A stretch of 24,116 bases of DNA from a virus (IMGVR_UViG_3300012953_003364:1-24116), one strand, 5' to 3'; shown: positions 1 through 6,070, numbered from the stretch's first letter. A program made the numbers and translations. Notes: a model not told the origin generated them from the letters alone.

Positions 1-335
1 ACCTTTCCATCTTCACGATAGAGAGGTCGACCTTCGGGACCGAGTTTTGTCATATTGCTTGAATGAACTTCGTGAAAACATTCATCAAGATCAATTCCAA
101 AAGCATGACCTGCACCATAGACAACATAAAGTATATCTGTGAGGCCGTCTGCAATTGCTAGCATATCCATTCCATCCACGGCTGCTTGTAGCTCTGCTAC
201 TTCTTCTCGTATGAGTTCGAGACGTAATTTAGCGACTGATGGGTCTGGAGTTGTGGGAGCGATCAGGACTTCTTGTCCGAACGCTTCCATAAAGTCTCCG
301 ACTTTATCAAAGTTGGTTATTTGAATAGGTGGCAT
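1..335 (-). CDS. MazG-like / PRA-PH family NTP pyrophosphohydrolase (3' end truncated by window edge)
   Basis: Not in ORF track; translated by hand from ATG at 335: MPPIQITNFDKVGDFMEAFGQEV...LRLELIREEVAEL...IADGLTDILYVVYGAGHAFGIDLDECFHEVHSSNMTKLGPEGRPLYREDGK. The EExxE, DxxxD and HxSNMxK motifs are typical of DR2231/PRA-PH-like all-alpha NTP-PPases. Confidence 0.85.
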   Translation of the reverse strand, partial: MPPIQITNFDKVGDFMEAFGQEVLIAPTTPDPSVAKLRLELIREEVAELQAAVDGMDMLAIADGLTDILYVVYGAGHAFGIDLDECFHEVHSSNMTKLGPEGRPLYREDGK

Positions 336-336
336 A

Positions 337-573
337 TTAGTAAGGGTATCCTCCAATAGATAAATCTAGGTTTCGAATTTTCATATTCCTTACACACTCG
401 CACGTTAGCATATTTTTATTTGGTCCAGAGCAAGCCTTAAAAGTACTTGCTGGGCAAATTAAAACGTCAGGATCTAATAGAGAACTCTCATAGTTACTCG
501 TATCTCCAACTGTTCCGCCAACCGCACTACATCCTCCTAGTATAAATAGTAAAGATAGTAAAATGTATTTCAT
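337..573 (-). CDS. Cys-rich lipoprotein, unknown function
   Basis: Signal peptide with lipobox LGG-C15 and four further Cys; SD GAGGA just upstream; directly downstream of promoter 609-637. Confidence 0.7.
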   Translation of the reverse strand: MKYILLSLLFILGGCSAVGGTVGDTSNYESSLLDPDVLICPASTFKACSGPNKNMLTCECVRNMKIRNLDLSIGGYPY

Positions 574-608
574 TTTTTCCTCGCGTGTGATTGCTTTGTT
601 AAGTGTTA

Positions 609-637
609 ATTATACTCTTGTCAAACTTCTTTGTCAA
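609..637 (-). promoter_or_regulatory. sigma70-type promoter
   Basis: TTGACA-17 nt-TATAAT on the minus strand, preceded by AAATAATTC. Confidence 0.85.
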
Positions 638-640
638 GAA

Positions 641-772
641 TTATTTGGCACGACGTGACCATTCAGCATACCTCATGTAACGTTTTGCTTCATGACACCA
701 GTACCAACCCTTCTGATCTTCTGCAACGGGTTTTTTGTCTTTGTCTTTAAATAGTTCTAACTGCTCGCTCAT
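641..772 (-). CDS. 43-aa hypothetical protein with N-terminal QLELF motif
   Basis: Hand-translated MSEQLELFKDKDKKPVAEDQKGWYWCHEAKRYMRYAEWSRRAK. AAGGAG lies upstream, the ORF fills the gap, and its stop is in the promoter AT-tract. Confidence 0.65.
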   Translation of the reverse strand: MSEQLELFKDKDKKPVAEDQKGWYWCHEAKRYMRYAEWSRRAK

Positions 773-956
773 TTTCGATACTCCTTAAAGTAGCTCTCTT
801 GTCATCGTTTGACATTTTTTGCCAGATCATAATTTCATGAATGGTACGATAACAACCCATACATAGATCAGTTCGTGTGTCGATGATGCATACATTTACG
901 CAGGGAGATTTTACTCTTTCCACTCCATCATCAGTTGTGTAAGTTTCTTGTTCCAT
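747..956 (-). CDS. DUF1289 / YdhL-like predicted Fe-S protein (start uncertain)
   Basis: SPCVNVC...LCMGCYRTIHEIMIW matches the SPCxxxC...CxGCxRTxxEIxxW signature. The upstream extension to 1064 in the track overlaps other genes and is probably spurious. Confidence 0.8.
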   Translation of the reverse strand: MEQETYTTDDGVERVKSPCVNVCIIDTRTDLCMGCYRTIHEIMIWQKMSNDDKRATLRSIENERAVRTI

Positions 957-1042
957 AGTTTTTTGAATTCTTCGTTTTGTGCTTTGTCTCTTGCGTTTCT
1001 GAGAATAATTGCTCTTCGTATTAACTTGTGTATCTTTTTCAT
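911..1042 (-). CDS. small basic hypothetical protein (43 aa)
   Basis: MKKIHKLIRRAIILRNARDKAQNEEFKKLWNKKLTQLMMEWKE; ATGA overlap with the upstream ORF stop at 1039-1041. Confidence 0.6.
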   Translation of the reverse strand: MKKIHKLIRRAIILRNARDKAQNEEFKKLWNKKLTQLMMEWKE

Positions 1043-1206
1043 ATCCACCCCAGTTTTGTTGCATTGTGAATGATAATCATAAAACAGGTAAAGATATGAA
1101 CTACCCACCAGAAAGTACGAATACTCGCAACAATATCTGCCTGAGTACTCGTCTCTCCCACCTTCTCACCTAGACTTTGTGCCCAGATTCTCCACCATTT
1201 TTTCAT
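1039..1206 (-). CDS. conserved small phage membrane protein (55 aa)
   Basis: Hand-translated MKKWWRIWAQSLGEKVGETSTQADIVASIRTFWWVVHIFTCFMIIIHNATKLGWI. The WRIWAxxLGEK...ADxVAxIRT pattern is recalled from aquatic phage hypotheticals; ATGA coupling at both ends. Confidence 0.7.
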   Translation of the reverse strand: MKKWWRIWAQSLGEKVGETSTQADIVASIRTFWWVVHIFTCFMIIIHNATKLGWI

Positions 1207-1502
1207 AATAATTTTTCAAGTGCTGTTCGCAACAGTAGTGCGAGTCCTACAGCATTCAGTACGATCAAAGCACGATCGTTCCACATAATGCTGATAATTA
1301 ACCACAGAAAGATTCCAATGCAAGAAAAGGACAGATCAATGTGTCCATACCCTTCTACACCTCGAAGTGACATACCAATGAGTAGAAAGACACTTGCAAC
1401 CCACTTGATGTACCAATCAGGCGTATACTTTGGTGTTGCACTTTTAAAGATACGTTTACTGTGTCGAATCTCTTCTTCTGTAAACTTTACTTCTTCTTCC
1501 AT
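1203..1502 (-). CDS. membrane protein, about 3 TM segments (DUF6552-like)
   Basis: DWYIKWVAS...WNDRALIVLN with three hydrophobic stretches; GGAG upstream. Confidence 0.7.
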   Translation of the reverse strand: MEEEVKFTEEEIRHSKRIFKSATPKYTPDWYIKWVASVFLLIGMSLRGVEGYGHIDLSFSCIGIFLWLIISIMWNDRALIVLNAVGLALLLRTALEKLL

Positions 1503-1615
1503 TTATCCCACTTCTCCACTAAAAACCAACCTAAACGAAATGCGTGCGCTCCTACATACAGTAGAAAAAACCATAGAAAGAGCGCACTTATAAATATTGC
1601 TACTGATTCAATCAT
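1487..1615 (-). CDS. small membrane protein (42 aa)
   Basis: Hand-translated MIESVAIFISALFLWFFLLYVGAHAFRLGWFLVEKWDKWKKK; ATGA overlap with the 1612..1803 stop; fills the gap. Confidence 0.55.
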   Translation of the reverse strand: MIESVAIFISALFLWFFLLYVGAHAFRLGWFLVEKWDKWKKK

Positions 1616-1803
1616 TTATTAAACTCATAGGTATATACTTTGCCTTGATTATAGATTTGTACTATCTCACTGTTCTCAAAGTCGAATACACCATCTTCAT
1701 ATTTTTCCCAGAGTTCCTCTTGCCAGAAAGCTATCTCTTCTCCCCACTCACTGTCGGTATACTCTGTAAACTCTTTTGTATCTATATTAAAAGTTATAAC
1801 CAC
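1612..1803 (-). CDS. acidic hypothetical protein
   Basis: 63-aa ORF tiling the operon, GGAG SD, rich in E/D/aromatic residues. Confidence 0.6.
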   Translation of the reverse strand: MVITFNIDTKEFTEYTDSEWGEEIAFWQEELWEKYEDGVFDFENSEIVQIYNQGKVYTYEFNK

Positions 1804-1804
1804 A

Positions 1805-2245
1805 TTAGCTCCAGTAAATATCAGTTAGTATTGTTTCGTAAGCATAGGCTTCAACTTCCCACGGGTGCTCATCGTATGGTAAATCGTCACAGTTTGTCGC
1901 TATGTCATTTGATTTCCATACATTGTTTACCATATTGATTTGTCCTCGAGAGAACTGTTTTGCATGTGTAAGTTCGTGAGCGATAGTGCCAGCAATCTCA
2001 TAATCTGAGTATGCAACCTCTTCATCATCTTCATAGATCCAATGAGTTGCTATTTCAATTTCTGATGATTCTAGGTCGCCCAAACAAAAACCCGCATGAC
2101 TACCTTTTTCTTCACCCACAAACTTTTGAAGGCAGATTGTAATATTGTAATCTATGTTGGGTTCTTTGTCAAAGAGTGCAATAATGCAGTCGTCTACGAA
2201 TCTATCGTATCGAGTAGTTAATCCTTCTGTGCTTACCTTTATCAT
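1805..2245 (-). CDS. HExxH zinc metallopeptidase-like protein
   Basis: TIAHELTHAKQ plus downstream PWEVEAY (third ligand Glu), a pattern common in phage zincin-like proteins; first gene after promoter 2271-2299. Confidence 0.75.
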   Translation of the reverse strand: MIKVSTEGLTTRYDRFVDDCIIALFDKEPNIDYNITICLQKFVGEEKGSHAGFCLGDLESSEIEIATHWIYEDDEEVAYSDYEIAGTIAHELTHAKQFSRGQINMVNNVWKSNDIATNCDDLPYDEHPWEVEAYAYETILTDIYWS

Positions 2246-2270
2246 ATATAATCCTTAATTTATAAAAGAT

Positions 2271-2299
2271 ATTATATAAAACTTGAAGTAATATGTCAA
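2271..2299 (-). promoter_or_regulatory. sigma70-type promoter
   Basis: AAATAATTC-TTGACA-17 nt-TATAAT on the minus strand. Confidence 0.85.
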
Positions 2300-2302
2300 G
2301 AA

Positions 2303-2512
2303 TTATTTTATGGGAAAAGACTTCTTTGCCAAGGTCTCCCTTCGTTTTCGCTCTCGTGCGACTGCTGATGCTTTTTTTCGTTGTTTCTTTTCAGATTTAG
2401 ATGTGTAGCGTTCTTTTTCTTTATAGTCATAAAGTTTTCCGCTATCGTTGATTTTTCTTTTGAGTGACCTAAGTGCTTGCTCAACATTTCCATTCCGTAC
2501 TCTTACTTTCAT
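2303..2512 (-). CDS. rpsU: 30S ribosomal protein bS21 homolog
   Basis: MKVRVRNGNVEQALRSLKRKINDSGKLYDYKEKERYTSKSEKKQRKK fits the bS21 pattern VxVxxxxxExALRxxKRK...G...xxxxxxxYxKPSxxRxxK. Confidence 0.88.
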   Translation of the reverse strand: MKVRVRNGNVEQALRSLKRKINDSGKLYDYKEKERYTSKSEKKQRKKASAVARERKRRETLAKKSFPIK

Positions 2513-2622
2513 AGGTCATCTGAATCCCTGCCCAACATTATTAGAAAAAGAATTAAACAGATAGCTCCTGCTTGCCATGCGTTAAGACCTCCAATTATTG
2601 CTTCTTGGTTATCTATTAGCAT
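2509..2622 (-). CDS. 37-aa single-TM peptide
   Basis: Hand-translated MLIDNQEAIIGGLNAWQAGAICLILFLIMLGRDSDDL; its stop overlaps the rpsU start (ATGA). Confidence 0.5.
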   Translation of the reverse strand: MLIDNQEAIIGGLNAWQAGAICLILFLIMLGRDSDDL

Positions 2623-2770
2623 TTTTACTCACTTCTTCTAACTCATCTCGTGTCAAATAATCTAAGTCCCAGTGTGAGCATCTTTCTTTTACACGATCGT
2701 ACTTGGTCTTATCTTTTATTGTGTAAGACTTATTGAATTTGAAAGCGTTCTTTGCCACTGGATTTTTCAT
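2609..2770 (-). CDS. 53-aa NPVAK-type small basic phage protein
   Basis: Hand-translated MKNPVAKNAFKFNKSYTIKDKTKYDRVKERCSHWDLDYLTRDELEEVSKNANR. The N-terminal NPVAK..FNK....DK.KY.R pattern is recalled from small phage proteins (T4 gp30.9-like). Confidence 0.65.
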   Translation of the reverse strand: MKNPVAKNAFKFNKSYTIKDKTKYDRVKERCSHWDLDYLTRDELEEVSKNANR

Positions 2771-2942
2771 TTCTCTTAAATCTATATCCTCTTTTGCGTA
2801 GGTAATGTACCTGATTTCTTATACTTTGAAGAGTTCTGTTGGGCAGTAACTCTTGTATTTCCTCTGCGGTTCTGAACAAATAGTTCTGTGCTAGCACTCT
2901 TCGTTCGTCTGTTGTCCAAGGTTGCTTGAAATAATTTTTCAT
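2730..2942 (-). CDS. Myb/SANT-like HTH DNA-binding protein, probably leaderless
   Basis: MKNYFKQPWTTDERRVLAQNY...EEIQELLPNRTLQSIRNQVHYLRKRG shows WTxxExxxL...LPxRTxxxIRN, typical of Myb-like repeats. The track start (2999) runs through the promoter; the ATG at 2942 is 6 nt after TATAAT. Confidence 0.7.
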   Translation of the reverse strand: MKNYFKQPWTTDERRVLAQNYLFRTAEEIQELLPNRTLQSIRNQVHYLRKRGYRFKRNEKSSGKERFQIQ

Positions 2943-2948
2943 GTGAGT

Positions 2949-2977
2949 ATTATACCGAAACCAACATGCTTTGTCAA
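2949..2977 (-). promoter_or_regulatory. sigma70-type promoter (leftward block)
   Basis: TTGACA-17 nt-TATAAT on the minus strand. Confidence 0.85.
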
Positions 2978-3008
2978 GAAATTTTTTAAAGATCGTCAAA
3001 AATGTTTC

Positions 3009-3038
3009 TTGACATTTAAGGTATTTGTACTGTATAAT
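3009..3038 (+). promoter_or_regulatory. sigma70-type promoter (rightward, extended -10)
   Basis: TTGACA-18 nt-TATAAT. Confidence 0.75.
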
Positions 3039-3080
3039 TCATCTTATATAAAAATTTACTCGGTATTTTAAAGAAAGTTC

Positions 3081-3109
3081 TTGACTTCGACTTTGAACTT
3101 GCGTATAAT
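3081..3109 (+). promoter_or_regulatory. sigma70-type promoter (rightward, tandem)
   Basis: TTGACT-17 nt-TATAAT followed by ATCTTTTCAAA. Confidence 0.8.
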
Positions 3110-3132
3110 ATCTTTTCAAATGGAGATCGAAT

Positions 3133-3273
3133 ATGATGGAATTAGCAGTTTTCTTGTTTTGCCTTTTAGGTTGCGGACTCACCTGCCATCAATTAGGTAA
3201 ACAAGAAGGGATAGAAACTACAATCGAAACGCTTATAGATAAGGGACTACTTCAAACCGCAAATGAAGAATAA
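3133..3273 (+). CDS. 46-aa protein with hydrophobic N-terminus
   Basis: Hand-translated MMELAVFLFCLLGCGLTCHQLGKQEGIETTIETLIDKGLLQTANEE; GGAG SD at 3122-3125; possible lipobox LLG-C. Confidence 0.6.
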   Translation: MMELAVFLFCLLGCGLTCHQLGKQEGIETTIETLIDKGLLQTANEE

Positions 3274-3433
3274 ACTGATCTTAGAAAAAACATGGGAAGA
3301 GGGTAGAGAAATGTATAGAGTGTATGATAATAATACTCTATACATTATCACGAGCAATAGAAAAGTAGCAGAAAATACTAGAAATAAATTACGAGAAGAG
3401 TACAGGAGATTAAGAAATGCCGATGAAATTTAA
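3263..3433 (+). CDS. 56-aa hypothetical protein
   Basis: Hand-translated MKNKLILEKTWEEGREMYRVYDNNTLYIITSNRKVAENTRNKLREEYRRLRNADEI; tiles the gap. Confidence 0.5.
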   Translation: MKNKLILEKTWEEGREMYRVYDNNTLYIITSNRKVAENTRNKLREEYRRLRNADEI

Positions 3434-3611
3434 AGAAACAGTAAAAGTTTTAGTGAATCGTCAAGCAAAAACATATAGAACGGTTCATAGTTATATGCAC
3501 ACTACTTCTACAGATAAGATACAGGAAGCATATGACAATGCAAATACAAAGCCAAAACACAAGCAGAAGTATCGAAACGAGCTTGTAAGAAGAGGTATAC
3601 TACATGGATAA
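3417..3611 (+). CDS. small basic hypothetical protein
   Basis: AGGAG SD; 64 aa; C-terminal KQKYRNELVRRG. Confidence 0.7.
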   Translation: MPMKFKETVKVLVNRQAKTYRTVHSYMHTTSTDKIQEAYDNANTKPKHKQKYRNELVRRGILHG

Positions 3612-3903
3612 ACTTAAAAAAGCAGGGCTTTGGGTTTATGACTCTTATGAGTTTATTTTCAATCATAATAAAAACCCTTTAAAGAATATACCAGACCCTT
3701 TAGCTAGAATGTGGGTGATGGTAGTGCTTGCTTGGATGTGGTCAATTACTTTTGGATGCCTGATTATAGGAAATATAATATTTGCAGGTTTAAGTATGGC
3801 AGCACACTTTTTATTATTATGTATGGTAACTCTTACTGTATGTGTTTTCTGGGAAGCAGAAAGACGCGGAGATACTTGGTTACTAACACTTCGTAGAAAG
3901 TAG
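3604..3903 (+). CDS. membrane protein (2 TM)
   Basis: GAGG SD; hydrophobic segments VMVVLAWMWSITFGCLII and AHFLLLCMVTLTVCVF. Confidence 0.7.
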   Translation: MDKLKKAGLWVYDSYEFIFNHNKNPLKNIPDPLARMWVMVVLAWMWSITFGCLIIGNIIFAGLSMAAHFLLLCMVTLTVCVFWEAERRGDTWLLTLRRK

Positions 3904-3904
3904 T

Positions 3905-4156
3905 ATGAATATTGTTATCTACGGAAGAGACGGTTGTGTATACTGTGACAAAGCAGTACACCTTTCTCAAGCATTAGTACAGGAATCACAACATAGCTAT
4001 ACCTACAAAAAGCTAGGAAGAGATTATAGTGTAGAAGAATTCAGTTCTCGTTTTCCAAGAGCGAGAACAGTACCCCAAATATATGTTGACGAAAAGCACG
4101 TTGGCGGGTACACTGACTTAGTAAAGTTTTTAGAGGCAAACAACCCGCCTATATAA
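3905..4156 (+). CDS. dithiol glutaredoxin (GrxA-like)
   Basis: IYGRDGCVYCDKA active site, TVPQI cis-Pro motif, HVGGYTDL. Confidence 0.92.
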   Translation: MNIVIYGRDGCVYCDKAVHLSQALVQESQHSYTYKKLGRDYSVEEFSSRFPRARTVPQIYVDEKHVGGYTDLVKFLEANNPPI

Positions 4157-4170
4157 GTGGTTGAATTAAC

Positions 4171-4210
4171 GACTACCGTAAGGAGTCACAGTGTGAGCCG
4201 AAAGGTCACA
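4171..4210 (+). promoter_or_regulatory. twin GNRA hairpins in hsp20 5' leader (putative cis-regulatory RNA)
   Basis: GACU(A)CC-GUAA-GGAGUC (4171-4187) and UGUGA(G)CC-GAAA-GGUCACA (4192-4210), immediately 5' of SD AGGAG (4211-4215). Confidence 0.6.
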
Positions 4211-4222
4211 AGGAGAAATAAT

Positions 4223-4639
4223 ATGAACGCACAACAACTATCAATGGCAGATTTACCTAGGATGTTTCTAGGATTTGACCGAATGCAGAATGACTTCCTT
4301 AACCATGGATTAGATACATCTTATCCAAGATATAACGTAATTAAAGTAGGAAAGACGGGATATCTAATAGAGCTAGCAGTGCCTGGATGGGATAAAAAAG
4401 ATCTTGAGATTAGTCTACATAAAAACGTATTAACTATAAAAGGAACAAGAAAGCAAACGACCAGTGATACAGAAGTGTACTTACATAAAGGACTTAGTGG
4501 AAAATGTTTTACAAAAACGTTCACAGTCGGGGAGTACATCGAACTAGACAATGCTTGCATGGAGAGAGGATTACTGTGCATACATCTAGAAGAACGTATT
4601 CCTGAGGCTAATCAACCTAAATACGTAACTATAAATTAG
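4223..4639 (+). CDS. small heat-shock protein Hsp20 (IbpA/B-like)
   Basis: LGFDRM, SYPRYNVIK, IELAVPGW, YLHKGLS, GLLxIxLERxIPE alpha-crystallin motifs; SD supports ATG 4223 rather than track start 4157. Confidence 0.92.
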   Translation: MNAQQLSMADLPRMFLGFDRMQNDFLNHGLDTSYPRYNVIKVGKTGYLIELAVPGWDKKDLEISLHKNVLTIKGTRKQTTSDTEVYLHKGLSGKCFTKTFTVGEYIELDNACMERGLLCIHLEERIPEANQPKYVTIN

Positions 4640-4671
4640 ACAGGGATCATCAGATCGTTAAGGAGACTTGA

Positions 4672-4785
4672 ATGCAATTAATTCGAGAATGGGCTAGTGT
4701 GTCTTCAATTCGTGACATGTTAGCAGTAGTAGTGGCTATAGCGATGCCACTCACCGTAATATACTTCGCCAGTATGAGCTATTAA
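4672..4785 (+). CDS. 37-aa single-TM peptide upstream of endolysin (candidate lysis regulator)
   Basis: Hand-translated MQLIREWASVSSIRDMLAVVVAIAMPLTVIYFASMSY; strong SD TAAGGAG at 4659-4665. Confidence 0.65.
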   Translation: MQLIREWASVSSIRDMLAVVVAIAMPLTVIYFASMSY

Positions 4786-4796
4786 GGATCACAATT

Positions 4797-5237
4797 ATGA
4801 ATAGAGAACGAGTACAAAAACAATTAGAGATAGACGAAGGAGTAGTTTATGAGATTTACAGAGATCATTTAGGCTACCCCACGTTTGGTATAGGACATTT
4901 AATACGGGAAGAAGACCCAGAGTACGGGCAAACCGTAGGAACTCCTGTAGATAAAGGAAGAGTAACTGAAGCCTTCCAAGCGGATTTGGATATTTCTATA
5001 GATGAGTGTAAAGTTCTTTATGATAAGTGGGATCAATTTCCAGGGGAAGTCCAAGAGATACTCGTCAATATGATGTTTAATCTTGGACGACCTCGACTTA
5101 GTAAGTTTAAGAACATGAAAAAAGCACTTGACAAAGGCAACTGGCAATTAGCTGCTGTTGAAGGAGAAGATTCTCTCTGGTATCGTCAAGTGACAAATAG
5201 AGCTGAAAGGCTTATGACACGACTAGAGAATGTCTAA
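4797..5237 (+). CDS. endolysin, GH24 (T4-type) lysozyme
   Basis: DEG...YRDHLGYPTFGIGH gives the E-x8-D-x5-T catalytic triad; also NMMFNLG and SLWYRQVTNRAERL. Confidence 0.92.
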   Translation: MNRERVQKQLEIDEGVVYEIYRDHLGYPTFGIGHLIREEDPEYGQTVGTPVDKGRVTEAFQADLDISIDECKVLYDKWDQFPGEVQEILVNMMFNLGRPRLSKFKNMKKALDKGNWQLAAVEGEDSLWYRQVTNRAERLMTRLENV

Positions 5238-5622
5238 AATATTACTTGGAATCATGGGAGCAATGGGAGTTAGTATGTTTCTATACTATCAGTTTGCTGT
5301 TGTTCCAATGAAGAATAAAATAGAAGAACAAACCAAAGTTATTCTTGCACAAGAGATAAGAGACCAAGAGCAGAAAGCCGCAATTGAGTCTTTACAGAAT
5401 AATATGCAGAAAACATCAGAAGCCTTAAAAGGTCTCCAAGTAAAAAATCAAAAGTATGAAGAAGATATGGCTGAGTATCTTGATATATTTCGTAGACATA
5501 ATGTAGCAAAGTTAGCAAGTGCGAAGCCAGGACTTGTAGAGCTAACTTTCAATAAAGGTACAAAGGAGGTATTTAATGCTATTCAAGAGGACAGTACTCG
5601 CATTAGCAGTCTTAACGATTAG
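5230..5622 (+). CDS. inner-membrane spanin (Rz-like)
   Basis: N-terminal TM anchor then long coiled coil; follows the endolysin and overlaps a lipoprotein gene. Confidence 0.75.
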   Translation: MSKILLGIMGAMGVSMFLYYQFAVVPMKNKIEEQTKVILAQEIRDQEQKAAIESLQNNMQKTSEALKGLQVKNQKYEEDMAEYLDIFRRHNVAKLASAKPGLVELTFNKGTKEVFNAIQEDSTRISSLND

Positions 5623-6034
5623 TGGTTGTAGTTTATTACAACAACCTCCACGCGAAGTAGAAATCATAACAAAACCCATCAAAGTAGATATAGTACAGCC
5701 TATATTACCCCGCCCTATAAAACTCAAAGAACCCAAATGGTATGTAGTATCAGATGCAAAGATAGTTGAACCATGTATTAAAAATCCAGAAACAAAAAAA
5801 TCTGACTGTAAGTTAGGAAGAGAAGATAATTATCCAGAAGGGTATACATATCTAGATCGTTTCGAAGATGATATAAGAAAAAAACATGGAGGAGACTTAG
5901 TGTTTGTAGCAATGAGTATAAAAGATTACGAACTGATGACAGCTAACACACAAGAAATAAAACGATACATTAATCAGTTAGGAGAAGTAATAATTTATTA
6001 TAGAGAAGTCACCACAGACGACACCACCGAATAA
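5576..6034 (+). CDS. outer-membrane spanin (Rz1-like lipoprotein)
   Basis: SD AGGAGGT; lipobox ISG-C; Pro-rich segment; overlaps the 3' end of the i-spanin gene. Confidence 0.75.
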   Translation: MLFKRTVLALAVLTISGCSLLQQPPREVEIITKPIKVDIVQPILPRPIKLKEPKWYVVSDAKIVEPCIKNPETKKSDCKLGREDNYPEGYTYLDRFEDDIRKKHGGDLVFVAMSIKDYELMTANTQEIKRYINQLGEVIIYYREVTTDDTTE

Positions 6035-6041
6035 TTATTTC

Positions 6042-6070
6042 TTGACAAGAAATGTGAACTTTAGTATAAT
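6042..6070 (+). promoter_or_regulatory. sigma70-type promoter
   Basis: TTGACA-17 nt-TATAAT. Confidence 0.85.

Noticed and set aside
139-324. Plus-strand 61-aa ORF, and similarly 1177-1593 and 1597-1938
   Set aside because: Antisense shadows of a tightly tiled minus-strand operon that has recognisable genes and promoters.
2516-2578. 20-aa alternative-frame ORF (MASRSYLF...) with a GGAGGT SD just upstream of rpsU
   Set aside because: Very short and nested in the 37-aa TM ORF, which has clean ATGA coupling to rpsU. It cannot be supported without Ribo-seq, though the strong SD is worth remembering.
4192-4210. TGTGA...TCACA as a CRP site
   Set aside because: Spacer is 9 nt rather than 6; better explained as an RNA hairpin stem.
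4130-4222. sigma32 promoter or ROSE element for hsp20
   Set aside because: No properly spaced TTGAAA/CCCCAT pair and no U(U/C)GCU anti-SD motif seen.
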